Shown one piece after another: positions 51,528 through 61,850 of a stretch of 64,000 nucleotides of DNA; the stretch's first letter is position 1; each line of letters opens with the position of its first letter. The stretch lies in contig JAVYVS010000001.1 of the NCBI GenBank assembly GCA_038727515.1, positions 416,001-480,000 on the forward strand. Direction: 5' to 3'. The position numbers were made by a program, and so were the translations under genes. A model generated the notes under the pieces. That model did no database searches. It worked only from the letters and a program-made list of their open reading frames with translations, and was not told the origin of the DNA. The stretch comes from Candidatus Methanomethylicia archaeon (GTDB lineage Archaea; Thermoproteota; Methanomethylicia; Culexarchaeales; Culexarchaeaceae).

Positions 51528-52823
51528 ATGAGTAAAATGATTGAAATTAGAGATCCAATACATGGATACATATTTGCAAATGAATTAGAGAAAGAGGTAA
51601 TAGATACAAGAGTTTTCCAAAGACTTAGAAGAATAAATCAGCTTGGAATGGCATATCTCACATATCCAGGTGCAGAACATAAGAGATTTATACATAGTAT
51701 TGGAGCTATGCATTTAGCGGGTGAAGTTGGAGAACATCTATTTAAAATGGGGGAAATAAATAGAGAAGAAGAACAATACATAAGATTAGCAGCATTACTA
51801 CATGATCTAGGTCATGGACCATTTTCACATACATTTGAAGATGTAATGGTGAAATACCTTAATAAAACACATGAAGACATTACAATATGGTTGATAAAAA
51901 ATACGGAAATAAAGGATATAATTGAGAAAAACGGTTATGACCCAGAAGACTTATCACAACTCTCAGTAGGTAGGAGAAAACATAAACTTAAACCATTCAT
52001 AGATGACATTATATCAAGCCCTTTCGACGTAGATAAAATGGATTTCTTAGTTAGAGATTCACATTTCACGGGAGTTCAATATGGTCTAGTGGATATTAAG
52101 AGATTAATATTTTCCATGAATGTTATAGAAGACCATTTAGCAATAGAAGTTCCAGGAGCATTATATGCATTAGAATCATTCATAATGGCACGTTATGAAA
52201 TGTTTAAAGCAGTATACTATCATAGGACTGTTAGAAGTGCAAATGTAATGATGAGTAGAGCAATGGATTTAGCTGCAGAATACTTAGGGATACCAAACAT
52301 AAAGAATCCAGAGGACTACATAATAATGGATGATGCATACATAATAATGAGAATAAGAGAATTAAAGAATGAAAAAGATGAAAATATGCGATTAGCATAT
52401 GAAATGATAGATATGCTTGAGAGAAGACAATTATTAAAATGTGCATATGAAGCAACAATACATACAAGAGACAAGTATGTCTCAAGTATACTATCAAAAG
52501 AACATGTTAGAAGAGAACTTGAGAGAGAAATAGCTAGAGAAGCAAATGTACCAGAGGAACGTGTATTCATAGATCTACCAACACTACCATCAATACCATA
52601 CAGCCCAAAGCAAATAGATCCAATGGAAGTATATACATTTGAAGAAATTGATAATACAAAGGTTTTGAGGAGATTAAGTGAAATATCAAATATAGCAAGT
52701 GTATTAAAGGGATATGTAGATGTACTTAGAGTATACACATTCCCAGAATATAGAGAAGAAGTGAAAAAAGCTTCAACAAAAATATTTGGAGAAAGTTCAA
52801 TAACCATGAGAATATCAGTATAA
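51528..52823 (+). CDS. HD-domain phosphohydrolase (SAMHD1-like dNTPase family)
   Basis: RDPIHG, QRLRRINQLG, RFIHSIG, LHDLGHGPFSH, DVDKMDFLVRD. Confidence 0.9.
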   Translation: MSKMIEIRDPIHGYIFANELEKEVIDTRVFQRLRRINQLGMAYLTYPGAEHKRFIHSIGAMHLAGEVGEHLFKMGEINREEEQYIRLAALLHDLGHGPFSHTFEDVMVKYLNKTHEDITIWLIKNTEIKDIIEKNGYDPEDLSQLSVGRRKHKLKPFIDDIISSPFDVDKMDFLVRDSHFTGVQYGLVDIKRLIFSMNVIEDHLAIEVPGALYALESFIMARYEMFKAVYYHRTVRSANVMMSRAMDLAAEYLGIPNIKNPEDYIIMDDAYIIMRIRELKNEKDENMRLAYEMIDMLERRQLLKCAYEATIHTRDKYVSSILSKEHVRRELEREIAREANVPEERVFIDLPTLPSIPYSPKQIDPMEVYTFEEIDNTKVLRRLSEISNIASVLKGYVDVLRVYTFPEYREEVKKASTKIFGESSITMRISV

Positions 52824-52848
52824 ATTTAAGTGTAGATAATTTGGAATT

Positions 52849-53796
52849 CTATCCAGTTATCCTCCAATAATCCTTTATTCTATCCTTTTCAACATCTACA
52901 ATATATAGTCTCAAAGTACCCTCCATATATCCAGAACCTGGATTTACACATAGAGTTTTACCAATTTTCCTAGCAGCAGAAGATTCATGTATGTGACCAT
53001 GTAAACCAAGTTTTGGTTGATATTTCTCAATAAATGTTCTAACAGCTTTACTTCCCACTGGAATAATACTTAAACCTTTAATTCCATGTTTAGGTCTAAG
53101 ATCCTTATCCAATTCTGGGGCATTATCTAAACCACTATTATATGGTGGAGCATGGAAATTACATATTAAATGATTCATATCCACAGAAACCTTATCTAAT
53201 TTACTTTCCAATAATTTTAACAATTCATCTTCAGGTAATTCTCTAGGGGTCTTCCATGGAGTTGGATTAACATATTCACAACTTATCAATTCATGATGAT
53301 CATCTAAACTAACAACTTTATCCAATGGATATATTACCCTATCACTCTTCTTTATTATTTCATCTACAACAGGTGAATCATCATTACCTGGATTCATAAT
53401 TATTTTAATATCCTTCGGGACATTTTCATCAGCCATCCTAATCCACCTTTCCAAAGTCTCCCTCATCTGTTCCTCCATAATTCTATCTCTCTCATCATGT
53501 GTAAGAGTTTTCCACTCATCATCAGTAGTTATATAAGGATAACCACCACTAAACCTTATGGTATTAAATAAATCGTTAAGCTCCTTTTCACTCTTTATAT
53601 GGTAATCAACATTAAAATGACAAATATAACTTCCATCACTCTGCTTAAATATTGGCACAAGCATTTTACCAGTTAAATCCCCACCCATTATCAATACATT
53701 TATTCCCTTAACATACTTATGAACATTAATAAACTTCCTCCATGTTGTTTCATTACCATGAACATCAGCAGCAAAAGCGATCCTCATAAATTTCAC
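52849..53796 (-). CDS. Calcineurin-like metallophosphoesterase (Icc-related)
   Basis: DVHG, GGDLTGK, PGNDD, HAPP, GHIHES, NPGS. Confidence 0.88.
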   Translation of the reverse strand: MKFMRIAFAADVHGNETTWRKFINVHKYVKGINVLIMGGDLTGKMLVPIFKQSDGSYICHFNVDYHIKSEKELNDLFNTIRFSGGYPYITTDDEWKTLTHDERDRIMEEQMRETLERWIRMADENVPKDIKIIMNPGNDDSPVVDEIIKKSDRVIYPLDKVVSLDDHHELISCEYVNPTPWKTPRELPEDELLKLLESKLDKVSVDMNHLICNFHAPPYNSGLDNAPELDKDLRPKHGIKGLSIIPVGSKAVRTFIEKYQPKLGLHGHIHESSAARKIGKTLCVNPGSGYMEGTLRLYIVDVEKDRIKDYWRITG

Positions 53797-53881
53797 AAGT
53801 ACAATTTAAATATAATAAATATAAAAAGTTTAAGTTTACAAAATTATGGATTAACATATCATTTCGTAAGTTTATATAAAA

Positions 53882-53915
53882 TTATATATAAAATTATAGC
53901 AAATTTTATATATAA
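53882..53915. promoter_or_regulatory. Perfect 14-bp inverted repeat in divergent promoter
   Basis: TTATATATAAAATT-atagca-AATTTTATATATAA. Confidence 0.55.
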
Positions 53916-53949
53916 TAAAATAAAGGTTATGAATTGAGGAGGTAATTAA

Positions 53950-55536
53950 ATGGGAGAAATTATTAGAGAAACAGTATATGTTAGAAGAGCTTCAGGCCTC
54001 GTTAGAGAACTTGGAATGTTGGAATCATTATCAGTTGCATTATCTGGAGCTATTGGTGCAGGAATAAATGTACTTGTACTACAAGGAGCAAACTTATATC
54101 CAGGGGCAAATGTCCCGTTGGGATATGTTTTAGTTGGTATAATGACGATACCATTAAGCTTTGTAATAGCCCACATAGCTGGAGACCTCCCAAGAAGCTC
54201 AGCACTTTACGTATTTGTATCAAGAACTCTACATCCATTATTAGGATTCTTAGGGGCTTGGGGGGTTATAGTAAGTTCAGCATTTGTAATTGGAACGTTA
54301 AGTAGAAGTTTTGCTGTAAATCTTGGTCCATTCCTAGTATTAGCTGGTAGAGCAGCTAAATCGGATAGTTTAATAGGTGCTGGGCAATTTCTAATGACAG
54401 ATGCAGGTATACTGTTAACATCGTTTATAATGATCGTAGCATTCCTACTGATATTTACTTTTGGAGCTAGAGTTTATGGTAAATTCATGGATATAATATT
54501 CATAATACCATTAATTGGATTTGCAATTAGTTTAATATTGTTTGCAACAACACCCTCTGGAAGTATAAGAGCATTATATGATGCTACCTGGGGTTCTGGA
54601 GCATATGATGAAATCGTTCGTTTAGGAACAAAATATGGATATACTCCAGAAGCATTTGCATTCAGTTGGGGTGCTACATTCTCCATAATGAGCGCAGCTG
54701 TATTCGCATATCAAGGTTTTGAGAGAGCAGCATATGTAGCTGGAGAAGTGAAAAGCCCAAAGAAGACAATAATGTACAGCATGTTCGGTGGAACCATACT
54801 ACTATTCATATTATACTCATTAACTGCAATTTTAAGTTGGGGACTTTATGGAGATTGGATAATAATGTATAATATAGCTATTACAAAGGGTGTTAAGGAA
54901 TTATTAATAAATCCGCCAGCTAGATCTCCATTTGTAGCACATTTAGCAGCTTCACTAATACCAGCCATACCAGCTCTACAGATATTTCTATATATTGCAG
55001 GATTACTATGGTTATTCAATACTCCACCCACAAGATTCCTAGTGGCTTCAAGAACAATGTTTGCAATGTCCTTTGATAGATTCCTACCAGAAAAAGTAGC
55101 ATATGTACATCCAAAAACTGGCAGCCCACTTGTAGCTGATTTCATAACATTCATTCTTGGAGTTGTAGGTATAATATTTGCCCATTACTTGGGTATTTAT
55201 GCAGCTGCAATAAGTGCAACGCTCTTTGATCAATTCCTACTATTGCTAGTGATGATAGGAGCCATCGTATATCCATTTGTGAAGGAAGAAGCTTGGAAAG
55301 CAGGATATAGATATGAATATAAAGGATTTCCAGTAATAACCATTGTTGGAGTAGTCACAGTCGCCATACAATTTATAATCTACTATCTATGTGTTTCAAC
55401 AACTGCAAGAGAAGCATTAACCTTCGGAGCAATATGGTATGCTCTAGGAGTAATAGTATTCGTGTATTACTACTGGAAGAATAAACAAAGGGGTATTGAT
55501 CCAAACTTAATATTTGGAGAAATCCCACCAACATAA
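53950..55536 (+). CDS. APC-superfamily amino acid/amine permease
   Basis: RRASGLVRE, PRS, YVAGEVK, SRTMFAMSFDR, C-terminal FGEIPP; ~12 TMs. Confidence 0.9.
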   Translation: MGEIIRETVYVRRASGLVRELGMLESLSVALSGAIGAGINVLVLQGANLYPGANVPLGYVLVGIMTIPLSFVIAHIAGDLPRSSALYVFVSRTLHPLLGFLGAWGVIVSSAFVIGTLSRSFAVNLGPFLVLAGRAAKSDSLIGAGQFLMTDAGILLTSFIMIVAFLLIFTFGARVYGKFMDIIFIIPLIGFAISLILFATTPSGSIRALYDATWGSGAYDEIVRLGTKYGYTPEAFAFSWGATFSIMSAAVFAYQGFERAAYVAGEVKSPKKTIMYSMFGGTILLFILYSLTAILSWGLYGDWIIMYNIAITKGVKELLINPPARSPFVAHLAASLIPAIPALQIFLYIAGLLWLFNTPPTRFLVASRTMFAMSFDRFLPEKVAYVHPKTGSPLVADFITFILGVVGIIFAHYLGIYAAAISATLFDQFLLLLVMIGAIVYPFVKEEAWKAGYRYEYKGFPVITIVGVVTVAIQFIIYYLCVSTTAREALTFGAIWYALGVIVFVYYYWKNKQRGIDPNLIFGEIPPT

Positions 55537-55619
55537 ACATAAATACATTTTTTATAATGTGAAATCATGATTAGTGTTAAGTATAAGTCTATGTATATAA
55601 TTTGTTGAGGTAGATAAAT

Positions 55620-56486
55620 TTGGGTTTAACAAAAATTAAATTGCCAACAGAAATACCGCTTGAAATATATCCAAAACCCATGGAATTTGTAGAAGAAGCA
55701 AAATCCATAGTTGAAGAAGCAGAGAAAAGAGGTATTATAATGAGGGTTATGGGTGGATTAGCAATATACCTTTTGATAAGTGGAACTATATATGAAGAAT
55801 TATGGGGTAAAATGGAGAGACTTGGAGAAAGAGTTTTCACAGATATAGATTTAGCAGCATATGGTAGAGATAGAGATAAAATATTGAGATACTTTATGGA
55901 GAGGGAGAAAGGGGTATATATTATCTGGCAACCATCATTAGCATTTTACGCTGGTAAGAGGTATATCTTCTATGGTTCACCGGAAAAACAAGAATATAAA
56001 GGTAAAATTGTTGGTAGAATACCAATGATAGAAGTATTCTTTGATAAGCTTCAAATGAATCATGAAGTACCATTTAAAGGTAGATTGGAAAAGGGGAAAT
56101 ATACACTTCCACCCACAGAACTCCTATTAACAAAATTACAAATAGTTAAGATAAATGAGAAGGATATTAAAGATAGCATAATACTGTTATCAGCATTCGA
56201 CGTATTAAACTCAGATAACGAAATAAATGGTGATTATATAGCTAAATTATTGAGTAATGATTGGGGATTCTACTATACATTTACAACAAATCTAAATAAG
56301 GTTAAGGAAGCTGTAATGAATAAATACAATGATAGAATTAATGAAGAACTCAGAATTAAAATTACTGAGAGAATTGAAAAATTAATTAAAAGGATAGAAG
56401 AAGAACCTAAAAGCATGAGTTGGAAGATGAGAGCAAAAATAGGAACTAGTAAGAAGTGGTATAATGAAGTGGAAGAATGGAGTTAA
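55620..56486 (+). CDS. Uncharacterised Pol-beta-superfamily nucleotidyltransferase-like protein
   Basis: hhGGhA (RVMGGLA) then DxD (TDIDL), third acid IEVF, LLLTKLQ, NEKDIKD, C-terminal WKMRAKIG..KWY. Confidence 0.65.
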   Translation: MGLTKIKLPTEIPLEIYPKPMEFVEEAKSIVEEAEKRGIIMRVMGGLAIYLLISGTIYEELWGKMERLGERVFTDIDLAAYGRDRDKILRYFMEREKGVYIIWQPSLAFYAGKRYIFYGSPEKQEYKGKIVGRIPMIEVFFDKLQMNHEVPFKGRLEKGKYTLPPTELLLTKLQIVKINEKDIKDSIILLSAFDVLNSDNEINGDYIAKLLSNDWGFYYTFTTNLNKVKEAVMNKYNDRINEELRIKITERIEKLIKRIEEEPKSMSWKMRAKIGTSKKWYNEVEEWS

Positions 56487-56491
56487 ATTAG

Positions 56492-57370
56492 CTACGTAAA
56501 TATTGACTTAGCTAATTCAACTATTTGCATTGGAGTAGAAGCTACAGGAATATTTGCAGAACTTAAAGCTTTAACTTTAGATTCAGCTGAACCCATACCC
56601 ATCGTTATTATTGCACCTGCATGCCCCATCCTCTTACCTGGAGGAGCAGTTTTACCAGCTATAAAAGCAATAATAGGCTTCTTTAAACCAATAAACTTAA
56701 TGTATGAAGCCAATCTTTCTTCAGCATCACCACCAATTTCACCTACAACAACCACACCTTTAGTTTCATGATCTTCAAAGAACATTTTTACAACTTCAAT
56801 AAAATCTAATCCAACTATAGGGTCACCACCAATACCAATAACAGTGCTTTGACCAAAACCAGCATTACTAAGAGCTTCAGAAATTTCATAGGTTAATGTT
56901 CCACTTCTAGATACAATACCAATACTCCCAGGTTTAAAGGATCTCTCCGGCATAATTCCAACTTTAACTCTTTCACCTGGAGAAATAACTCCAGGACAAT
57001 TTGGACCTACAATTATTACATCCTTAAGTTTAGCGTAACGAATCAATTTAAGTTCATCATGAACTGGAATACCCTCAGTTATAATAACTATCTTTCTTAT
57101 ACCAGCATCAATAGCTTCATAAGCAGCATCACAAGCAAAGGGTGCTGGAACAAAGATTATTGAAGCATTAATATTGGGGTGATTATTTAAAGCATCCATA
57201 ACACTATTATATACTGGGACACCTGAAACTTTCATTCCACCTCTACCTGGAGTAACACCAGCAGCAATATTAGTCCCATATTTAAGCATAGCTTCAGTAT
57301 GATAGCTACCCTCTCTACCGGTAATCCCTTGAACTAAGAGTACAGTATTTCTATCAAAGATTATTGGCAT
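56492..57370 (-). CDS. sucD: Succinyl-CoA synthetase alpha subunit
   Basis: [31 protein letters not shown]. Confidence 0.95.
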   Translation of the reverse strand: MPIIFDRNTVLLVQGITGREGSYHTEAMLKYGTNIAAGVTPGRGGMKVSGVPVYNSVMDALNNHPNINASIIFVPAPFACDAAYEAIDAGIRKIVIITEGIPVHDELKLIRYAKLKDVIIVGPNCPGVISPGERVKVGIMPERSFKPGSIGIVSRSGTLTYEISEALSNAGFGQSTVIGIGGDPIVGLDFIEVVKMFFEDHETKGVVVVGEIGGDAEERLASYIKFIGLKKPIIAFIAGKTAPPGKRMGHAGAIITMGMGSAESKVKALSSANIPVASTPMQIVELAKSIFT

Positions 57371-57372
57371 AA

Positions 57373-58515
57373 TTATACACCTCCATATGCAAGTTTAACA
57401 ACATATTTAGCAGCTTCATCATCATTTACAAAATAATTTATTCCAGCTTCTTCCAAAATCCTTCTACCCTCCTCCTCCCTATTTCCAACTAACCTAACGG
57501 AAATAGGCTTTTTAACACCGGTTTCATTTAAAGCTTCAACAATACCTTTAGCGACATCATCACATCTAGTTATTCCACCATAAACGTTAATAAGAATAGC
57601 TTTAATCCTCTCATCAAGAAGTAGTAATTTTAATGCAGCTTTAACCCTCTCAACCCTTGCACCACCACCAATATCTAGGAAATTAGCAGGTTTACCACCG
57701 AAAAAGGCAACTAAATCCAATGAAGCCATAGTTAAACCTGCACCATTACCAATAATTCCAATATCCCCATCCAACTTAACATAACTAAAACCATACTCTC
57801 TAGCAACAATCTCTTCAGAAGTTAAATCTCTACCACCCATCTTTAAAATTTCAATAAACTGTGGATGTCTATAAAGTGAATTATCATCAATAGTTATCTT
57901 AGAATCTAAAGCTACAAAACCTCTATCAGTTAAAGCCAATGGATTTATCTCCACAAGATCAGCATCATATCGAAGCATAATACCATACAAAGCTCTAATT
58001 ATAGTATCAAGTTGCCTAGATAATTCACCTTCAACACCGAAAGAAGAGATAATAGTTCTAACATGATAATCCCTAAGTCCAATTATTGGATCCACATAAA
58101 CTTTAATTATTGATTCAGGTTTAGTTGCAGCAATTTCCTCAATATCTACACCACCCTCAGAAGAAGCTAAATATACATAGCTCTTCATAGACCTATCAAT
58201 AGTTAGAGATAAATAGAATTCTCTAATTATTTTCACAGCTTCCTCCACTAGAATACATTTAACAGGAACGCCTTTAACACCTTCAGAAAACATTTTTAGA
58301 GAAAAGCTTTTAACTTCATCCAATGAATTAACAATCTTTATTCCACCAGCTTTACCCCTACCACCAACTAAAACTTGAGCTTTCAAAACACATGGAAATC
58401 CAATATCCAAAACCCTTGAAATAATTTCATCAAGATTAAAAGCTGCAAACCCCCTTGGAATTGGAATATTAAACTCTGAGAAGACCCTTTTACCCTCAAA
58501 CTCATACAACCTCAT
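57373..58515 (-). CDS. sucC: Succinyl-CoA synthetase beta subunit
   Basis: [40 protein letters not shown]. Confidence 0.95.
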   Translation of the reverse strand: MRLYEFEGKRVFSEFNIPIPRGFAAFNLDEIISRVLDIGFPCVLKAQVLVGGRGKAGGIKIVNSLDEVKSFSLKMFSEGVKGVPVKCILVEEAVKIIREFYLSLTIDRSMKSYVYLASSEGGVDIEEIAATKPESIIKVYVDPIIGLRDYHVRTIISSFGVEGELSRQLDTIIRALYGIMLRYDADLVEINPLALTDRGFVALDSKITIDDNSLYRHPQFIEILKMGGRDLTSEEIVAREYGFSYVKLDGDIGIIGNGAGLTMASLDLVAFFGGKPANFLDIGGGARVERVKAALKLLLLDERIKAILINVYGGITRCDDVAKGIVEALNETGVKKPISVRLVGNREEEGRRILEEAGINYFVNDDEAAKYVVKLAYGGV

Positions 58516-58582
58516 ACAAATTCAAAAACTATAAACTATAAACGTATATATATCACTTACCAAAAATGGTTTAGAGATTGAA

Positions 58583-59587
58583 ATGAAAATGAGAGAGTTA
58601 ATCAATAAAATTAGAAGTTCAGCTCAATTAGCTTCAATACTTGAAGTCAGTGGTTGGCCTAAACCTGGAAATGTTCATAGAACTAGAAATCAAATAGATG
58701 CACGCTATGAACACTTCTTAGCGGGAGCAATAGCATTAGCACCATCAATAGAATTAGCAGCATTAAAGGGGATAATGGCAGCAAAGGGGAAAATTGAATT
58801 GCAGGATATAGGGATAGGTAGAATAATAAAAAGGGCGGTTATAGATGTCTCAAAATCACATAGCGATGGAAATACACATTTAGGTATATGCCTACTCTTC
58901 ATTCCATTATCAATAGCATCATCAAAAAGCTATATAGAAGAAGAATGTTTTACACCATCAAAAATAATGCAGAACATTAAATCAATAATTAAATCAACAA
59001 AACCAATAGATACAATTAGAGTTTATGAAGCTATTAAAATGGTTAGTTCAGAAAATGAATTAGGTAGAAAATCAAATGGTAGATCACCAGACATATATGA
59101 TAAAAACTTTAGAAGGAAAATTCAAAAAGAAAATATCACATTATTTGATGCAATGATGGAATCATCAACATATGATACAGTGGCAAAAGAGCTTACCACT
59201 GGAATGGAGATATCCTTTAACATTGGATTTAAAGAATTAATGAAGACATTTGAGGAAACTAGAGATATAAACATATCAATTGTACACACATACCTAACAA
59301 TACTATCAAAATACCCAGATACATTCATAGCAAGGAAAATTGGGTTAAAAAGGGAAAACGACATAAAAAGAGCTGTTGAAATAGGAATAAAAGAAACTAT
59401 TTGGATTTCAAAAGAAGCAGAAGAAATCCTAAAACTAGGTGGATTAAAAACTGAAGAGGGAAGGAAAGCCTTATGGGAATTAGATGAAAAATTGTATAGG
59501 CTAGGTAAAGAATACAATCCAGGAACAACAGCAGATTTAACAGCATCATCAATAATGATATCATTATTAATGGGATTAAAATTCTAA
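58583..59587 (+). CDS. CitG-family triphosphoribosyl transferase (archaeal type)
   Basis: LEVSGWPKPGNVHR, NTHLG, PDTFIARK, NPGTTADL. Confidence 0.85.
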   Translation: MKMRELINKIRSSAQLASILEVSGWPKPGNVHRTRNQIDARYEHFLAGAIALAPSIELAALKGIMAAKGKIELQDIGIGRIIKRAVIDVSKSHSDGNTHLGICLLFIPLSIASSKSYIEEECFTPSKIMQNIKSIIKSTKPIDTIRVYEAIKMVSSENELGRKSNGRSPDIYDKNFRRKIQKENITLFDAMMESSTYDTVAKELTTGMEISFNIGFKELMKTFEETRDINISIVHTYLTILSKYPDTFIARKIGLKRENDIKRAVEIGIKETIWISKEAEEILKLGGLKTEEGRKALWELDEKLYRLGKEYNPGTTADLTASSIMISLLMGLKF

Positions 59588-59605
59588 AATTCAGAGTGGA
59601 AATTA

Positions 59606-60628
59606 ATGAAGGCACGTGAAGGAGATTTCATAGAAACAATTGAAGGATTAATATTTGATGTAAAAGGACTTATACACCCAAAAGATAGAGTAATAGCATA
59701 CCTCAGATATTTTGAAGATCCATTTGGAAATAGAATTAAAAATGGAAAGAAATATTCAAAGGTATACTCTCTAATGGATAGAGATAATATTCTAAAAAGA
59801 AAATATCCACAGTACATATATTATGATCAAATATTTGGAGAATGGTTGGAGGGAGTTCCAAAGGATAGAATAATAAAACACTATAAACCACAAGAAAAAA
59901 TACAAATACTACAGAAAAAGCATAGATTAGATGAAATCGAAGAAAAAGCTTTGGAATTAGTACAAGTAATACATGATTCCACAAAAATACCCATAGAAAA
60001 ATTTGGTATATCTGGATCAATCTTAATAGACCTTTACACTATCGATTCAGATATAGATGTAATCGTATATGGGAAGAAGAATTGTAAAGCAGTATATGAA
60101 GAATTAAAAGCATTATTAAAAAATGATGAAAGACGATTTTCACCATACAAACTTGAGGATTTAAAGAAATTATATGAATTTAGATCAAAAGATACATATA
60201 TGGACTTTAAAGACTTCTGTAAGATTGAAAGTAGGAAGGTTTCACAAGGGAAATTTATGGGTAAAGATTTCTTCATAAGATTCATATTAGATTGGGATGA
60301 AGTAAATGAAGATTATGGTGATTACATCTATAGAGGATTGGGGAGGATTAGGATTAAAGCTATAGTTGAAGATGATGAATATTCAATATTTACACCATGC
60401 AAATATGTAATATCAAATGTAGAGATTTTAGAGGGGGAGAGGAGTGTTACTCCACCAATAGAGATAGTATCATTTAGAGGTAGATTCTGTGAACAAGCAA
60501 GGAGAGGTGAAGAAATAATAGCTGAAGGAAAAATTGAAAAAGTAATTTCAAAATATGGAGATGAATATAACAGGCTTCTAATAGGCAATAAACCATTAGA
60601 TTTCATGATAGTAAAAAATTTTATTTAA
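59606..60628 (+). CDS. Predicted nucleotidyltransferase (COG1665-like) with C-terminal OB-like region
   Basis: GISGSIL...SDIDVIVYG (GS + DxD), FDVKGLIHP, SFRGRFCEQA. Confidence 0.75.
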   Translation: MKAREGDFIETIEGLIFDVKGLIHPKDRVIAYLRYFEDPFGNRIKNGKKYSKVYSLMDRDNILKRKYPQYIYYDQIFGEWLEGVPKDRIIKHYKPQEKIQILQKKHRLDEIEEKALELVQVIHDSTKIPIEKFGISGSILIDLYTIDSDIDVIVYGKKNCKAVYEELKALLKNDERRFSPYKLEDLKKLYEFRSKDTYMDFKDFCKIESRKVSQGKFMGKDFFIRFILDWDEVNEDYGDYIYRGLGRIRIKAIVEDDEYSIFTPCKYVISNVEILEGERSVTPPIEIVSFRGRFCEQARRGEEIIAEGKIEKVISKYGDEYNRLLIGNKPLDFMIVKNFI

Positions 60629-60633
60629 TTTAT

Positions 60634-60897
60634 TTAAGTCAATCTCTTCTTAACAGCTCTATCATAAACAATCCAATTTTCATATGCTTTAACATTATTC
60701 TCCTTTAATAACTCAAGAACTCTAGTTCTAAGCTCCTCAGTTTTAACCTCCTCTCTACCAGTAAATTCTCCTTCAATTCTACCAGTCAATTCACGAGCAG
60801 TAGTTAAATCAACTCCAGCCTTCAATAATGAAGTAACCAATTTCTCACGAGCAAATTCCTCTATTCTCCCATCTCTTTTAACAACTTTCAAAACCAT
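60634..60897 (-). CDS. Stand-alone ATP-cone domain protein
   Basis: VVKRDGRIEEFAREKL ATP-cone signature, 87 aa. Confidence 0.85.
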   Translation of the reverse strand: MVLKVVKRDGRIEEFAREKLVTSLLKAGVDLTTARELTGRIEGEFTGREEVKTEELRTRVLELLKENNVKAYENWIVYDRAVKKRLT

Positions 60898-61052
60898 AAA
60901 ATCACCAATAAAAAATACAAATTTAAAACATATAAACTTATATGTACATTAAAAAACAAATTTTACAAATTTAAAATAAGAAAATTACAATAATCGAAAA
61001 TGCTTGAAATAACATTTATTTCCCACAAATAAAATAAATAAATTGAACTCTA

Positions 61053-61646
61053 ATGAAGATTCAAGACATCATTTGGGAGTATTTTAGATGTATATATAAT
61101 CCATGGCTTTCAGATAATTGGTATAGATTTAGTAAATCATTAAGAGAAGATTTACTAATGTTTAGAGATAAACTCTATGGATGTAAAAGTATGGAAGAAT
61201 TAAAGGAAACTATATACACATTAACAAGATTATACATGATATCTCCAAATGAAATAAAGGATCAATTCATGGAAATGCTTAGGAAAACTGAAGAATATTA
61301 TAGGAAAAAGGGTGTAGAAATAGATTTAAATAAACGATTAAAATTACATAAAGTTCAAATAGTAGTTAAAGATGAAGATAGAAGACCATTGAAATCAGTA
61401 CAAATCACAGTTATGTATGATGGAAGAGAAATATGGAAGGGTACCACACAAGAAAATGGTAGAATAACATTAAATTTAAATGAGGGGAAATACACCATCT
61501 TTGCATCAATAAATGAAGAAGAATGGTATGGATTAAACATAGTAGAATTAAATGTACCAATGGAAACAGAAGAGAAAACAATAACTATTAAAAGACATCA
61601 AAAATATGAGACTATAAAAGCCACTATTAAAGAGACAGAATCATAA
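61053..61646 (+). CDS. Hypothetical protein with C-terminal carboxypeptidase-regulatory/Ig-like beta domain
   Basis: VKDEDRRPLKSVQITV...GTTQENG...GKYTI. Confidence 0.55.
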   Translation: MKIQDIIWEYFRCIYNPWLSDNWYRFSKSLREDLLMFRDKLYGCKSMEELKETIYTLTRLYMISPNEIKDQFMEMLRKTEEYYRKKGVEIDLNKRLKLHKVQIVVKDEDRRPLKSVQITVMYDGREIWKGTTQENGRITLNLNEGKYTIFASINEEEWYGLNIVELNVPMETEEKTITIKRHQKYETIKATIKETES

Positions 61647-61850
61647 ATGAGCAACATTTCCATACATCCATTTTTATATTTATAACTAATGAAATCATTA
61701 GGATCAACCTTACATTTTATCAGCTAAATTAAACTCATTATGGGAAGTATAATTATAAAACGGGGAAGACCAGAAGTTCATTAACGAAGACTTAAACCAT
61801 GATCCAAACAGTACACAATATATTGAAAACAAAATCTATTAAATCCATAT

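Noticed and set aside
56492-59587. sucCD + citG as a citrate-cleavage locus
   Set aside because: SucCD look canonical and no citrate lyase or citryl-CoA lyase subunits or ACP are in the window
2606-61540. Numerous 60-160 aa ORFs nested in or antisense to long genes
   Set aside because: Overlap well-supported genes and show shadow-type composition without motifs
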